Below, piece by piece: positions 23,256 to 32,562 of a stretch of 41,808 nt of DNA; the first letter of the stretch is position 1; each line of letters opens with the position of its first letter. A program made the translations under genes and the position numbers. The stretch spans positions 1 through 41,808 of IMG/VR virus record IMGVR_UViG_3300033076_000864. One strand, written 5' to 3'. Origin of the DNA: a virus (taxonomy: Duplodnaviria; Caudoviricetes). The notes beneath the pieces were generated by a model. It was not told the DNA's origin. It ran no database searches and saw only the letters and a list, made by a program, of their open reading frames with translations.

Positions 23256-26200
23256 ATGTCGAACATCGACAAGACGCTGAACATTACCCCTCGTACAGGC
23301 ATGGACCTGCGTGCGTTGGACAAATCTGCCGGATCGCCGTTCATTCAGAACACGATGCCGCGCAATGGCGAGTTCATGTCGCGCGAGGGGTTTGGCGTCG
23401 TCTATCAGTTCGGTACAACGCTCGACTGCGGGCGCATTAATCAAGCCGGCAACTTTGGGTTAGGCCCTTGCATTGGGTCCACGTCCTACCGCACTCGACT
23501 CGGGCAAGACCAAATCGTTTCGGTACACCCGGTCTACGCCTTCACGGGCAACCTGCGCAACACCTACGCGGCTGGCGCAGCGTGGGATTCTTGGCTTGCA
23601 GGACAGAACGGCGTCACGTTGTCGGGCGTGGCGATCCAAGCGCACAACCTGACCACGGGTGGGCGCTACGAATTCGTGTTGCACGAGCAGGACACGGCGT
23701 CTAGCGAATTGCACAACGTCTACCCGCACTACTCGGCGCGGTACTCAACGCTCCCAACGGGCGGCACGCCGGCTGACTACCTTCGGTGGTTCATGCCCAT
23801 GTCGGCCCCGAAGTGGGCGCAGTTCTGCGTTGTCGATGGGCTCTTGCTAATCAGCATCGACAAGTGCGGCGTGTGGACGTATCGCGGCGTGGACGCGCCT
23901 GCGACACCAGACCGCAAGAACGACTCGCTCGACCAGTACCTTGCGACCGGCAGCCACGGCGAGACATGCGCGCTGTCGCCCATGAACCTGACCAACGGTG
24001 CGCTTGTAGACCTCGGCACGACGTATGTGCAGCCGAGCACGTTCGGCACGCCGCAACTTCTTGCGAACTTCAACAACTCCGCAGTGTACGCTGTCGGCAA
24101 TGTCCTGTACTTCTCGAATCGTAGCCAGCCAAACGTGGTGCAGTCGGGCAACACCTTTGTGGTTCCGACCGGCGACGACCTGACTGCGATGGGCGTTGTG
24201 CGCGGCAACCTGTTCTTGGCTACCGCCAATCAGTGCTGGGTGTACCAGCCTAGCAACGGAGCACTGTTCTCGGCGGGCATCCTCACCGACATGAGCAACG
24301 CGGTCGGCTGCGCTAGCAACATGGGATTCTGCCTTGCGGATCAAGGGTTATTCCTTGTTGGCAATCAGGGCGTCTACCTGTACGCAGGCGGGCTTGACCT
24401 AAAGTGCCTGTCCGATGAAATCGACCGACTTTGGACCGACCGGCAATCTTTGCAACTTCCACTGACCGACTACTACCAGGCTAGCGGCATCACCAGTTTG
24501 ACGGAGTTGCAGCCGGCTGCGCGCATCGACGTAGCCGCGCAAACGTCCTCGCTCAAGGTGTCGTGGTCGCAGTGGTACAAGACGTTATTCGTGACCGGCG
24601 ATGTGTTCTCGTTGTGCTGGACGATCGGCTTGGGCTGGCACTTGTGGAACTACGAAACGCAGGCAGGCAGGTCTGATTACGTCAAGGCAATGGCTGGGTT
24701 GCCAGCGTCGTCACTCGTGACGCTGCGCGAAAGCATCTACATGGTCGCAGGGCCATTGCTCGCTGAAACTACAGACGAAACAACGTCTTGGACCTCTGTT
24801 GACTACTCGTGCGCCTTGTTGCAGTACGGGCGCGGAGGTACAACCGACCGCACCGTGGATGCGCAGCGCGAGGACAAGCGCACGTTCAACGGAGGCTGGG
24901 TCTGCATGACCACCGCCTACCACAACAACGGCTGGATGGTCGGCAAGCCAACCGTGGCGCCTGCTGGGTACACCACGGCGCGCGGCACCGTGCTGGCGAC
25001 CGAGACCGTTTGGTTCCCGGTTGCCGTCTTTGGGCACGGTCCGTTCACTACCGCCTCGCTGCATATGGGGTTCAACCCAAGCTCGTGGGAGCCGGTGTTT
25101 TGGGATCCCGCCGATGCTGCGAACCCCGACCTTGAGGCGATCTTCCCCGCCGACCGGCTAGGAAGTTCTGGCGTTTGGAAGCAGGGCGCAAGCACGGTTA
25201 CTAACCGCGTCGCTCTTAGCAACCCGCGTGCAGCCAGCGCGACCATTCTCATTGACGCTGATGGGGCGGCTGGCGGTGTCGGCGTATGGGACACCGCTCC
25301 GGTGTTCAACGTCAACCCGCTTGCGCCGACGACGCTGTTCTGGATCGGCTTCAAAAAGATCGGAATCTCGGACGCGTTCTATCCGCAATTCACCTTTAAT
25401 GTTGCAAGCATCGACGGCGTGAACTGCGCGCTGTACTCGTGGATGTCGGGCAACTACCCAACGCAGCAGTACGCGCTACAGTCTTTGGAGCAGCCCGTCG
25501 ATTGGGTAGTGAAGTCGCAGACGCTGGCAGCCGCCGGCAACGCATTCAAGTTGCGCGGCGTGTTTGTACGCGCGATGCACCTCGGGCGCGCGACGACTGG
25601 TGAAATTGTAAGCGGGTGGCCGTTTGGTCCGCTGAATGTCGCCACGTCCACAGACTACCGCGACTGGTCTGCGCAAGCGGTTGACTTCACAAGCCTGCCC
25701 CCCGGCGTGTCGGAGAGCACCTCGCTAGGCACGAGCGCCACTGGCAGCATCGTGGTGGCTAGCCCGCAGACGATTGCAGCCGGCGACCGCGTGACGTTCC
25801 TTGTGCCCGTTGGAGCCGGCGGCACAGGCATCGCCGTGCAAGTTGTGGCGGGCTTGAACTTCGCGATTGGCGCTACCGCGTCGATTACCGCGACCAACTT
25901 GGCGGCTGCAATTACCGCGCTTGTGGCGGGCATCACGGCGGCAGCAACTGCCAATGCCGTCACCGTTGCCGTCACAGCCAAGACGGAAGCCGGCAACACG
26001 GTCGAGTTCATTGGCGCATCGGCAACGCACGGATTGTGGCCGCTTGAGAGCGCGTCGTGCACCAACGGCAAGACGTACCAAGAGACATTGCCAACCGCTC
26101 GGCTTCAACCGACTAGCGTATCCACTGATCTCGTGATCAACCGTTTCGGCAGCGGGCCAACGTGGGGCAGCACGGCATCGCCAGCCTTGGGCAATATGCT

Positions 26201-26369
26201 CATTGGTGACGCCGCTGTGGATACCTTGGCTACGTCAGACGGCAGCGCCGGCACCACCGGGTCGCTCATGTTGCACGGCAGCATCCTACACGCCGGGGAG
26301 CAAGTGCGTATCGGCAACGTCGAGGCGGCGATCCGTGTCGTCGGAGGACACCGCCGATGGCACCAGTAG
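23256..26369 (+). CDS. Tail nozzle / tubular protein B-like (beta-propeller)
   Basis: 1037 aa, beta-rich; LYFSN...DLTAMGVVRGNLFLAT...VGCAS...GVYLYAG pattern typical of P22 gp10/T7 gp12-like proteins; position after the adaptor. Confidence 0.7.
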   Translation: MSNIDKTLNITPRTGMDLRALDKSAGSPFIQNTMPRNGEFMSREGFGVVYQFGTTLDCGRINQAGNFGLGPCIGSTSYRTRLGQDQIVSVHPVYAFTGNLRNTYAAGAAWDSWLAGQNGVTLSGVAIQAHNLTTGGRYEFVLHEQDTASSELHNVYPHYSARYSTLPTGGTPADYLRWFMPMSAPKWAQFCVVDGLLLISIDKCGVWTYRGVDAPATPDRKNDSLDQYLATGSHGETCALSPMNLTNGALVDLGTTYVQPSTFGTPQLLANFNNSAVYAVGNVLYFSNRSQPNVVQSGNTFVVPTGDDLTAMGVVRGNLFLATANQCWVYQPSNGALFSAGILTDMSNAVGCASNMGFCLADQGLFLVGNQGVYLYAGGLDLKCLSDEIDRLWTDRQSLQLPLTDYYQASGITSLTELQPAARIDVAAQTSSLKVSWSQWYKTLFVTGDVFSLCWTIGLGWHLWNYETQAGRSDYVKAMAGLPASSLVTLRESIYMVAGPLLAETTDETTSWTSVDYSCALLQYGRGGTTDRTVDAQREDKRTFNGGWVCMTTAYHNNGWMVGKPTVAPAGYTTARGTVLATETVWFPVAVFGHGPFTTASLHMGFNPSSWEPVFWDPADAANPDLEAIFPADRLGSSGVWKQGASTVTNRVALSNPRAASATILIDADGAAGGVGVWDTAPVFNVNPLAPTTLFWIGFKKIGISDAFYPQFTFNVASIDGVNCALYSWMSGNYPTQQYALQSLEQPVDWVVKSQTLAAAGNAFKLRGVFVRAMHLGRATTGEIVSGWPFGPLNVATSTDYRDWSAQAVDFTSLPPGVSESTSLGTSATGSIVVASPQTIAAGDRVTFLVPVGAGGTGIAVQVVAGLNFAIGATASITATNLAAAITALVAGITAAATANAVTVAVTAKTEAGNTVEFIGASATHGLWPLESASCTNGKTYQETLPTARLQPTSVSTDLVINRFGSGPTWGSTASPALGNMLIGDAAVDTLATSDGSAGTTGSLMLHGSILHAGEQVRIGNVEAAIRVVGGHRRWHQ

Positions 26370-26857
26370 TCTACGGCAACGAACTTCCGCCAGTCGGCGC
26401 ATCGCCCGTAGACGTTCGCAACCTACAGGAGCGCGGACGGACCTACGCCGCGTTCACTACAATCGCGCCAGTGCCCGCAGGAACGCCGATAGCGGGCACA
26501 TGTGCACTTGGCCTAGGCGACTATCCTGCAACGCGCCTGAGCGCCACCTTCGACGCCTACGGCACTAATGGCGCTAGCCTCGGGAGGTGCGTTGTCTCGG
26601 CAACCGGCACGCTTCGCAACGTGCTGCTTCCGTCAGGGCTAGACCTGTCCGCCACGGCGGTTGTTCAGTTGACCGGGTGCGTCATTTCGGGCGAGATCAC
26701 GGTCGCATCGGGCGGTAAGGTGTCCGCTAGCGGATGCTCGTTCATCGGCAACGGCTGCATCAACAACGCTGGCGCTGCGGTAAACGCGATTTCTGTAGGT
26801 AACGTCAAGACTTCCACAGCCGCGCATGTAAACGTCGGCACCATTATCGAGGTTTAG
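26357..26857 (+). CDS. Virion structural protein (possible beta-helix)
   Basis: Gly/Ser/Val-rich repeats; in the tail module. Confidence 0.55.
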   Translation: MAPVVYGNELPPVGASPVDVRNLQERGRTYAAFTTIAPVPAGTPIAGTCALGLGDYPATRLSATFDAYGTNGASLGRCVVSATGTLRNVLLPSGLDLSATAVVQLTGCVISGEITVASGGKVSASGCSFIGNGCINNAGAAVNAISVGNVKTSTAAHVNVGTIIEV

Positions 26858-26858
26858 C

Positions 26859-27692
26859 ATGGCAAACAACCGGCTCTTGCCCTACCAGTTTGCCCCTGGC
26901 TTGACCGCTGACGGCACGCGCATCGAAACGGCACTGCGCAAGATCGTAGAGCTTTACAACGACATTCCGCCGAGTCTTGTAGAGCGGCGATGGTTCCCTA
27001 CGCACCGGGTCTGGCACCACGCCCCCGGTTACCATTGGACCGGAGCTCTAGCCGATTACACCAAGATGCCGTGGATGGACGCCCGCAACGGCATATCCGC
27101 CTGCGCAAGCAAGCAACCTGCCGACCCCGCCGCCATTCAGAACGTGGAGCGCGTCAAGAGCTGCGCGGTGCCCGGCATCGTGGTCGCAGAGGCTACGGCT
27201 GGAACGCAAGGGTTGCTGACATGGGAGGTGGCGTTTCACACGACGGCGCCAACAATCCTCAGTTGCGCCACATGGTTTGCCGAGTTCTTTGCCGGCATGT
27301 CCATGAACAACGACTGGACGGTTATCGCAACGGGCGACCCGCTTGCCGACGTGACCTTCCAAGTGTGCGTTGACGACGGATGGGACTTGGACAGCCGCAA
27401 GAAGTTGCGCCAAGAGGCGCTAGTCTACAGCGTCCCTGCAAACGTGTGGGACAACACGCAATTCCCTGCGGTCGCGAGTCCTATGACCGGGTTGCCGCTG
27501 CTGACAAACACGATGACATTTAAGGCTGTTACGCTAGACCAGTTCGTTCTTGTCCCTGAGTACTCGCGGGTGCGCATCCAGTGCACAATCCCGATCTACC
27601 CGAACGCCACAACGTCGTGGGGGATTAGCAACGAGCCGGCCAACAAGAACCTGTGGACCGTCCACCTTGAAATGTGGGAGCCGACGCGATGA
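26859..27692 (+). CDS. Virion structural (tail) protein
   Basis: Tight gene packing in the tail module. Confidence 0.6.
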   Translation: MANNRLLPYQFAPGLTADGTRIETALRKIVELYNDIPPSLVERRWFPTHRVWHHAPGYHWTGALADYTKMPWMDARNGISACASKQPADPAAIQNVERVKSCAVPGIVVAEATAGTQGLLTWEVAFHTTAPTILSCATWFAEFFAGMSMNNDWTVIATGDPLADVTFQVCVDDGWDLDSRKKLRQEALVYSVPANVWDNTQFPAVASPMTGLPLLTNTMTFKAVTLDQFVLVPEYSRVRIQCTIPIYPNATTSWGISNEPANKNLWTVHLEMWEPTR

Positions 27693-29413
27693 GTCAGTTT
27701 GAGGCCAAGCGGTTTGCTCGCGGCGTAAAGGTCACGATCCAGCACGTTAACACGGTGCTTGACGAGATCGACACAGCGTCGCGGTCGTCGGCGGTAACCG
27801 GGCTGCGCGAGCAGTTGGCGCCGATGGTCGCGCACTACACAATCCCGTTCATCGACGCACCTTGTGTCGAAAACACTACGATTGCAGGGTACTTACCTCT
27901 GATCGTTCCGCCGTTTCAAGGGCAGTTCGATGTTTTGACGCAGCAGCCGGCGGTGCAGACCGTGATCTTGGACTCGCTGTCGATCTCGGTTGACCAGCGC
28001 GCCACGCAGTACGCCATTGTGGGGCCGTCAAGCGCACACCAAGTCCCGCCCGGCAGCGCAGAAGGCTTGCTTGCTGGCGTCGATATGAGCCGCTACGACG
28101 TTACGCTGCGGTTGCTGGAGAAAACCCCTTGGTATTTCAGCAATGCCGTTGACGGCGTAAGCGAAGTTCTCAAGATCGAGGTGTCGGGCGCGGTCGTATT
28201 CGGCGCGGACTTTGCCGGCACCGGAGCACTGCGCAGCAGCCCGTTCCTTGTCAGCGACTTGCGCGTGCGGATCCAGCCCTACAAGACGTACTGGTGGGAA
28301 GTGTCGTGCCCCGGCTTGTCTTACGGTGCCTTTGCCGGCGCTAAAGACCTGCTGGCGATGCCGTCGTGGACCCTTGACGTGACCATGCTCACGCCGCTAA
28401 CGCAGCGCGACGTGTACGACGCCGTGTCGTTGCCCGTGCAGAATCTGCCAAGCGTGCATAACGGCGCGGCAACAGGACAGATCGTCCCGTTTACGCCAGT
28501 TGTCGGCGGGGCGAGCATTACGGGCACCGACGTGCAGTCTGAGCTTGGCGCGTTTGATGCGACCTTGCGCGACCGTTTAGACTCGGGCTACGGCTACGGC
28601 CACGGCTCGCAACAGAACATGCCCGAGGCGCTAGACCCGCCGCCAGCACAGGCGCTGCAAAACGACTCGGCCATGCACATCATCGTCGTGCCCATGTGGG
28701 GATCGCAGCCCACATCGTCGGTGCAGTGTGGCGATGTGGCGACCGGGGCGATCCTGCCAATGATGCCCGTTGCCAGCCTTGACTACGCGGCAGACCGGGC
28801 AATCCTACGGGTGCCTGCTAACTTCGCATTGCACCAAGCATTTGCGTGCTTCAACTACTACAGCACGCCGGCATCGTGGCCAGCCCACACAGGCGGTCCG
28901 CTGAACGGCTACGGCTTGCGCAGCGCGAACGCGAACTACCACCAAAAGGTCGGCGTCAACCTGCTGACTTGGCTACAGGGCGACAACTTCCTTGAACAGC
29001 CGGTAGCCTACGTCGAAGTGGTGGGCGGCGACACGTCGCACTTGGTTGACCGCTACGACCCGCAGCGTGTGCTTGGTGCGGTCGCGGCAAACATTCCCGC
29101 AATGGACTTGGTCGCGCTGCCGATTGTGTGGGACGTGGCGCGCACGGGGTTTGGCTACTACGAGAACGGTGCTCCCATGTTCATGGGCGACGGCAGCAAC
29201 AAAACCGCGCCGCGCACGGACGCAGCCACCGCGCCGCCCATCTCTGCGCTCGCATCCCCGTACACTGCCGGGCAAGAGAAGATCCTTGATGTACGCTGGA
29301 TTAAGAGCAACATCGTGGAAACACTGGCAGATCCAGCCGCACCGCACGACACTGTCGTTGGGCAGTTAGGCGAGTGGGTGATTTTGGTAGGAAAGCAGAC
29401 AGCCGGCGCGTAA
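27689..29413 (+). CDS. Virion structural (tail) protein
   Basis: ATGA overlap at 27689; beta-rich. Confidence 0.6.
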   Translation: MSQFEAKRFARGVKVTIQHVNTVLDEIDTASRSSAVTGLREQLAPMVAHYTIPFIDAPCVENTTIAGYLPLIVPPFQGQFDVLTQQPAVQTVILDSLSISVDQRATQYAIVGPSSAHQVPPGSAEGLLAGVDMSRYDVTLRLLEKTPWYFSNAVDGVSEVLKIEVSGAVVFGADFAGTGALRSSPFLVSDLRVRIQPYKTYWWEVSCPGLSYGAFAGAKDLLAMPSWTLDVTMLTPLTQRDVYDAVSLPVQNLPSVHNGAATGQIVPFTPVVGGASITGTDVQSELGAFDATLRDRLDSGYGYGHGSQQNMPEALDPPPAQALQNDSAMHIIVVPMWGSQPTSSVQCGDVATGAILPMMPVASLDYAADRAILRVPANFALHQAFACFNYYSTPASWPAHTGGPLNGYGLRSANANYHQKVGVNLLTWLQGDNFLEQPVAYVEVVGGDTSHLVDRYDPQRVLGAVAANIPAMDLVALPIVWDVARTGFGYYENGAPMFMGDGSNKTAPRTDAATAPPISALASPYTAGQEKILDVRWIKSNIVETLADPAAPHDTVVGQLGEWVILVGKQTAGA

Positions 29414-29451
29414 AATCTTCACGGGGTTCGCCCCAAAGCACGAGGTTCAAG

Positions 29452-30216
29452 ATGGCATCTGCATGGGATTGGGTATCGAACCCTGTCAGCACCGGGTACA
29501 GCGCCTACCAAAAGAACAAGGCTGACAGCGAGAACCCGACCGATGAGGTTGAGCAGAACGATCTTGCCAAGCGGAACAAGGACTACCTTGATTCGACGCT
29601 TCTCAACGAGAAGGCTGCAATCGGCGGCATCGACGCACAGCTCGCCGCTGCCAAAGGCGCAACCGATTGGGCGCACCAGAACGTAGACACGGTCAAGCAG
29701 CAGCAGAACGATATTCAGCTTGCAGCGCGTCGCCGTCTTGCGGCGGGCATTGCTGGGGCAGGTAGCCGTTACGGCGCCGGCAGCGGTGCACAGGTCGCAC
29801 AGATGGCGCAGGCCGGTCAAGACGTAGCGTCGTCCGAAGCGGACATGCGGCAGAAGGCTTCGCTTGCTATGCAGGAAGCTGCACAGCGGGCGCTGCAAGC
29901 CGACACTGGATACGCTGAGGCGCAGTCCGGTGCGGCGGCTGAACGGCAGAAGATGGCGGAAGCCAGCCTTGCCCGTAGCGAGTCGCAGAACGCGCTTGTC
30001 GCGGAAGCCGACCAAAAGGCATCGGATATCGCGGGCTACTACGCTTCCGAAGGCGACATGCAGAAGGCAGCCAACGAGATCGAGCGCACCGTGTTGCCCA
30101 AGGCGACAAGCCCGGCAGCCCGTGCGGAGATCCAGCGCAAGATTCAGCAACTGCGCAACGGCACATACCAAGCCCACGGCGCCTTGCAAGCAAGCGACCT
30201 CAACCCGTTCGGCTAA
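29452..30216 (+). CDS. Putative DNA ejection/internal virion protein 1
   Basis: Ala/Gln-rich helical protein; first of three proteins of increasing size after the tail genes, as in podoviruses. Confidence 0.6.
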   Translation: MASAWDWVSNPVSTGYSAYQKNKADSENPTDEVEQNDLAKRNKDYLDSTLLNEKAAIGGIDAQLAAAKGATDWAHQNVDTVKQQQNDIQLAARRRLAAGIAGAGSRYGAGSGAQVAQMAQAGQDVASSEADMRQKASLAMQEAAQRALQADTGYAEAQSGAAAERQKMAEASLARSESQNALVAEADQKASDIAGYYASEGDMQKAANEIERTVLPKATSPAARAEIQRKIQQLRNGTYQAHGALQASDLNPFG

Positions 30217-30226
30217 AGAGGGAAAC

Positions 30227-32560
30227 ATGGCGCGAGTCTACACGCAGCCGCCGGTCTTCTCAGACCCTGCGGCGTTTGCCCCACATGCGTACCAGTCGTA
30301 TCGCGATCCCCGGCGCGGGCAGCAAGCCACCTTGGATGCTGCGGGCCGGTACGCGCAAATGTACAAGACGCTTGCGCCCGTTGCTAATCTTGCGGCCAAC
30401 ATCGGGCAGCGGATCTATTGGGGCATGGGCGACGACAAGACGCCGGATGCCGCCGCACAGGGCGAGCCCGTGGCAGAGGTGCAAGCCGCCAACGAGGATC
30501 TGCGCATGGCTGCGGATCGGGCGTTGCGTGCTGAGCGCCGCGATCCCGAGGAGACTCCCACTCCGCCGATGATCCACGACGCCAACTCGGATGCGCCGTA
30601 TATGGATCCGTCTGGCAGCCGCTACCAAGAGCAGGCGCAAGGAGACATGGAGCGTGCCGACCCTCGTTCTGTGGGGCGGTTCATTGCGCGCCAGAAGTGG
30701 CAGCGCGACCATGTCGACCCTTTGCAACAAACTCAAACTCGCCTCGACGCAAATGCATTTTCTGAGGAGTGGCTAGCACGCCACGAAGCGGCACAGGAAA
30801 ACCCTAGCGCCCAAAGCGATGCAGGCGACGCAATCCACCTTGGTATGGGCGGCATGTCCGACTCTGCGGCGATCCGTCAAGCGGCTGCCCGCAAGATGGG
30901 TCTTGAGCCTTTGCAACTTGCCCGCAAGCCGATGCGCTTGCCCGGCGAGGATGTAAGCGGGTTCTTGGCGACGGCGCGCGACATTGAGAATCTACCGCCC
31001 GAGCCCAAGTACGACGCGGCGCGCAGCATGGCAGAAGCCAAGGCGTCGCAGCAAACCGGCGGCATTGTCCCGCCTGCCACACCCGCTGCCGCCGCCCCTG
31101 CCGAGCAACGACTGCAAGCCCTATCGGACGCCGAACTCAAGAAAGCGCGCGACTATGCCGTCATGGTTGCAGAGCGTCCCGATGCTCGCCCCGAGGTGAT
31201 GCAGAAGGCGGACGCAGCGGTCAAACTGCTCGACGCTGAGGTTTCCCGTAGGACTGGCGGAAATGGGCAAGGGGCGCCTACGGGTCAGCCGCAAGCCCAA
31301 ACGCCCGCCACAGGGGCGCCTGCTGCGCCAGCGCAAGACAAGCGCGACATGAGCAAGTACAGCCCGCGCCAACTTGAAGCCGTGCACGACAACCTGCACA
31401 CGCAGTTGCTTCAGATGGAGCCGGGCAACCCGCAGCGCGCCAGGTTGCAGGCACTGGCAGACGACATTGGCAACGAGTTGGGTTCGCGCCGGCAGCACGA
31501 AATCGCCGCGTTCATTCCGCAGGGCAGGATGACGATGCCCGAGGCGTTTGCCTTGGCGCGCACGGCGGACACCGCTGAGAAGCAGGCTGCGGTCCTGCGG
31601 GCGCTCGACAAGGTCAAGGTGCCTGCCGGTGATTGGACCGATCTGATCACGGGCGACCACCAGAAGCGGGCGGCTGCCGAGATTGCGCACCACTTTCCGG
31701 TTGCGCCGAAGAAGTCGCCGGAAGAACTGGCGTCGATCATTGCTCGCAACTATGGGTCTGCGGCAAACTCGCAAGCCAAGGCGGCAACTGAGGACGTGTT
31801 GCGCGATCCTAAGAGCAAGGAACTCGGTGGTCGCACGTACATGGAGTACGGCAAAGGCAACGCCGCTGACGCTTCCGCCCGACTTGCCAACCGTCGCGCC
31901 GATGAGATTGGTGTGCTTAAGCCGCACGAGGAAGAAACGATCATCGCCACTCTAGACCTGATCCGCGCCCGCACCAAGGCTGCTAAGGCAGCGGCGGTTC
32001 GCGTAGGTCGCGGCGGCGCCGGTGCGAGGGACGAGTTCCTGAAGCACGAGAAGGCGCTTGAAGAAGCGGCGACAAAGGCTCGGCAGGAAATCAAGGACAA
32101 GCACGACATCATCCTAGGCGACGCCGAGAAGGATCTTCGCGCTATTGACGATGACCGTCGCGCGCTGTTGGGCAAGACTGGCGAAGTTCAGTTGCCGGAA
32201 CCGCCTGAGCAGAACGCGGACCCGGCAGTAATTGCCAAGTACCAAGGCGAGTTAGCCGACGCGAGGGCGCGCAATGCTAACGCCAAGGCAGCGAAAGACG
32301 CGCTCAAGAAGTTGGACGACGACCACAAGTTGGTGTCCGACAACGTGAAAGCCTTGCGCAAGAAGCGTGACGATGCGCTCAACGAGGCAGAAAGCGCCCT
32401 GCAAGAGACCCGTCGTCTGGCTGCTGGCGTCAACCGCAAGGTGATCGAGAAGCGCGCCGGTAAAGAGGGGGCGACCCCGCAGCGCGGCAATACGGCGCCA
32501 CCCGCCAGCAAGACGCCGTCCGCGCCCACTGACCTGCCAAAGTTCGGAACGGGTGAGTAA
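30227..32560 (+). CDS. Putative DNA ejection/internal virion protein 2
   Basis: ATG 30227 after GAGGG; ~777 aa, helical/coiled-coil. Confidence 0.6.
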   Translation: MARVYTQPPVFSDPAAFAPHAYQSYRDPRRGQQATLDAAGRYAQMYKTLAPVANLAANIGQRIYWGMGDDKTPDAAAQGEPVAEVQAANEDLRMAADRALRAERRDPEETPTPPMIHDANSDAPYMDPSGSRYQEQAQGDMERADPRSVGRFIARQKWQRDHVDPLQQTQTRLDANAFSEEWLARHEAAQENPSAQSDAGDAIHLGMGGMSDSAAIRQAAARKMGLEPLQLARKPMRLPGEDVSGFLATARDIENLPPEPKYDAARSMAEAKASQQTGGIVPPATPAAAAPAEQRLQALSDAELKKARDYAVMVAERPDARPEVMQKADAAVKLLDAEVSRRTGGNGQGAPTGQPQAQTPATGAPAAPAQDKRDMSKYSPRQLEAVHDNLHTQLLQMEPGNPQRARLQALADDIGNELGSRRQHEIAAFIPQGRMTMPEAFALARTADTAEKQAAVLRALDKVKVPAGDWTDLITGDHQKRAAAEIAHHFPVAPKKSPEELASIIARNYGSAANSQAKAATEDVLRDPKSKELGGRTYMEYGKGNAADASARLANRRADEIGVLKPHEEETIIATLDLIRARTKAAKAAAVRVGRGGAGARDEFLKHEKALEEAATKARQEIKDKHDIILGDAEKDLRAIDDDRRALLGKTGEVQLPEPPEQNADPAVIAKYQGELADARARNANAKAAKDALKKLDDDHKLVSDNVKALRKKRDDALNEAESALQETRRLAAGVNRKVIEKRAGKEGATPQRGNTAPPASKTPSAPTDLPKFGTGE

Positions 32561-32562
32561 CC

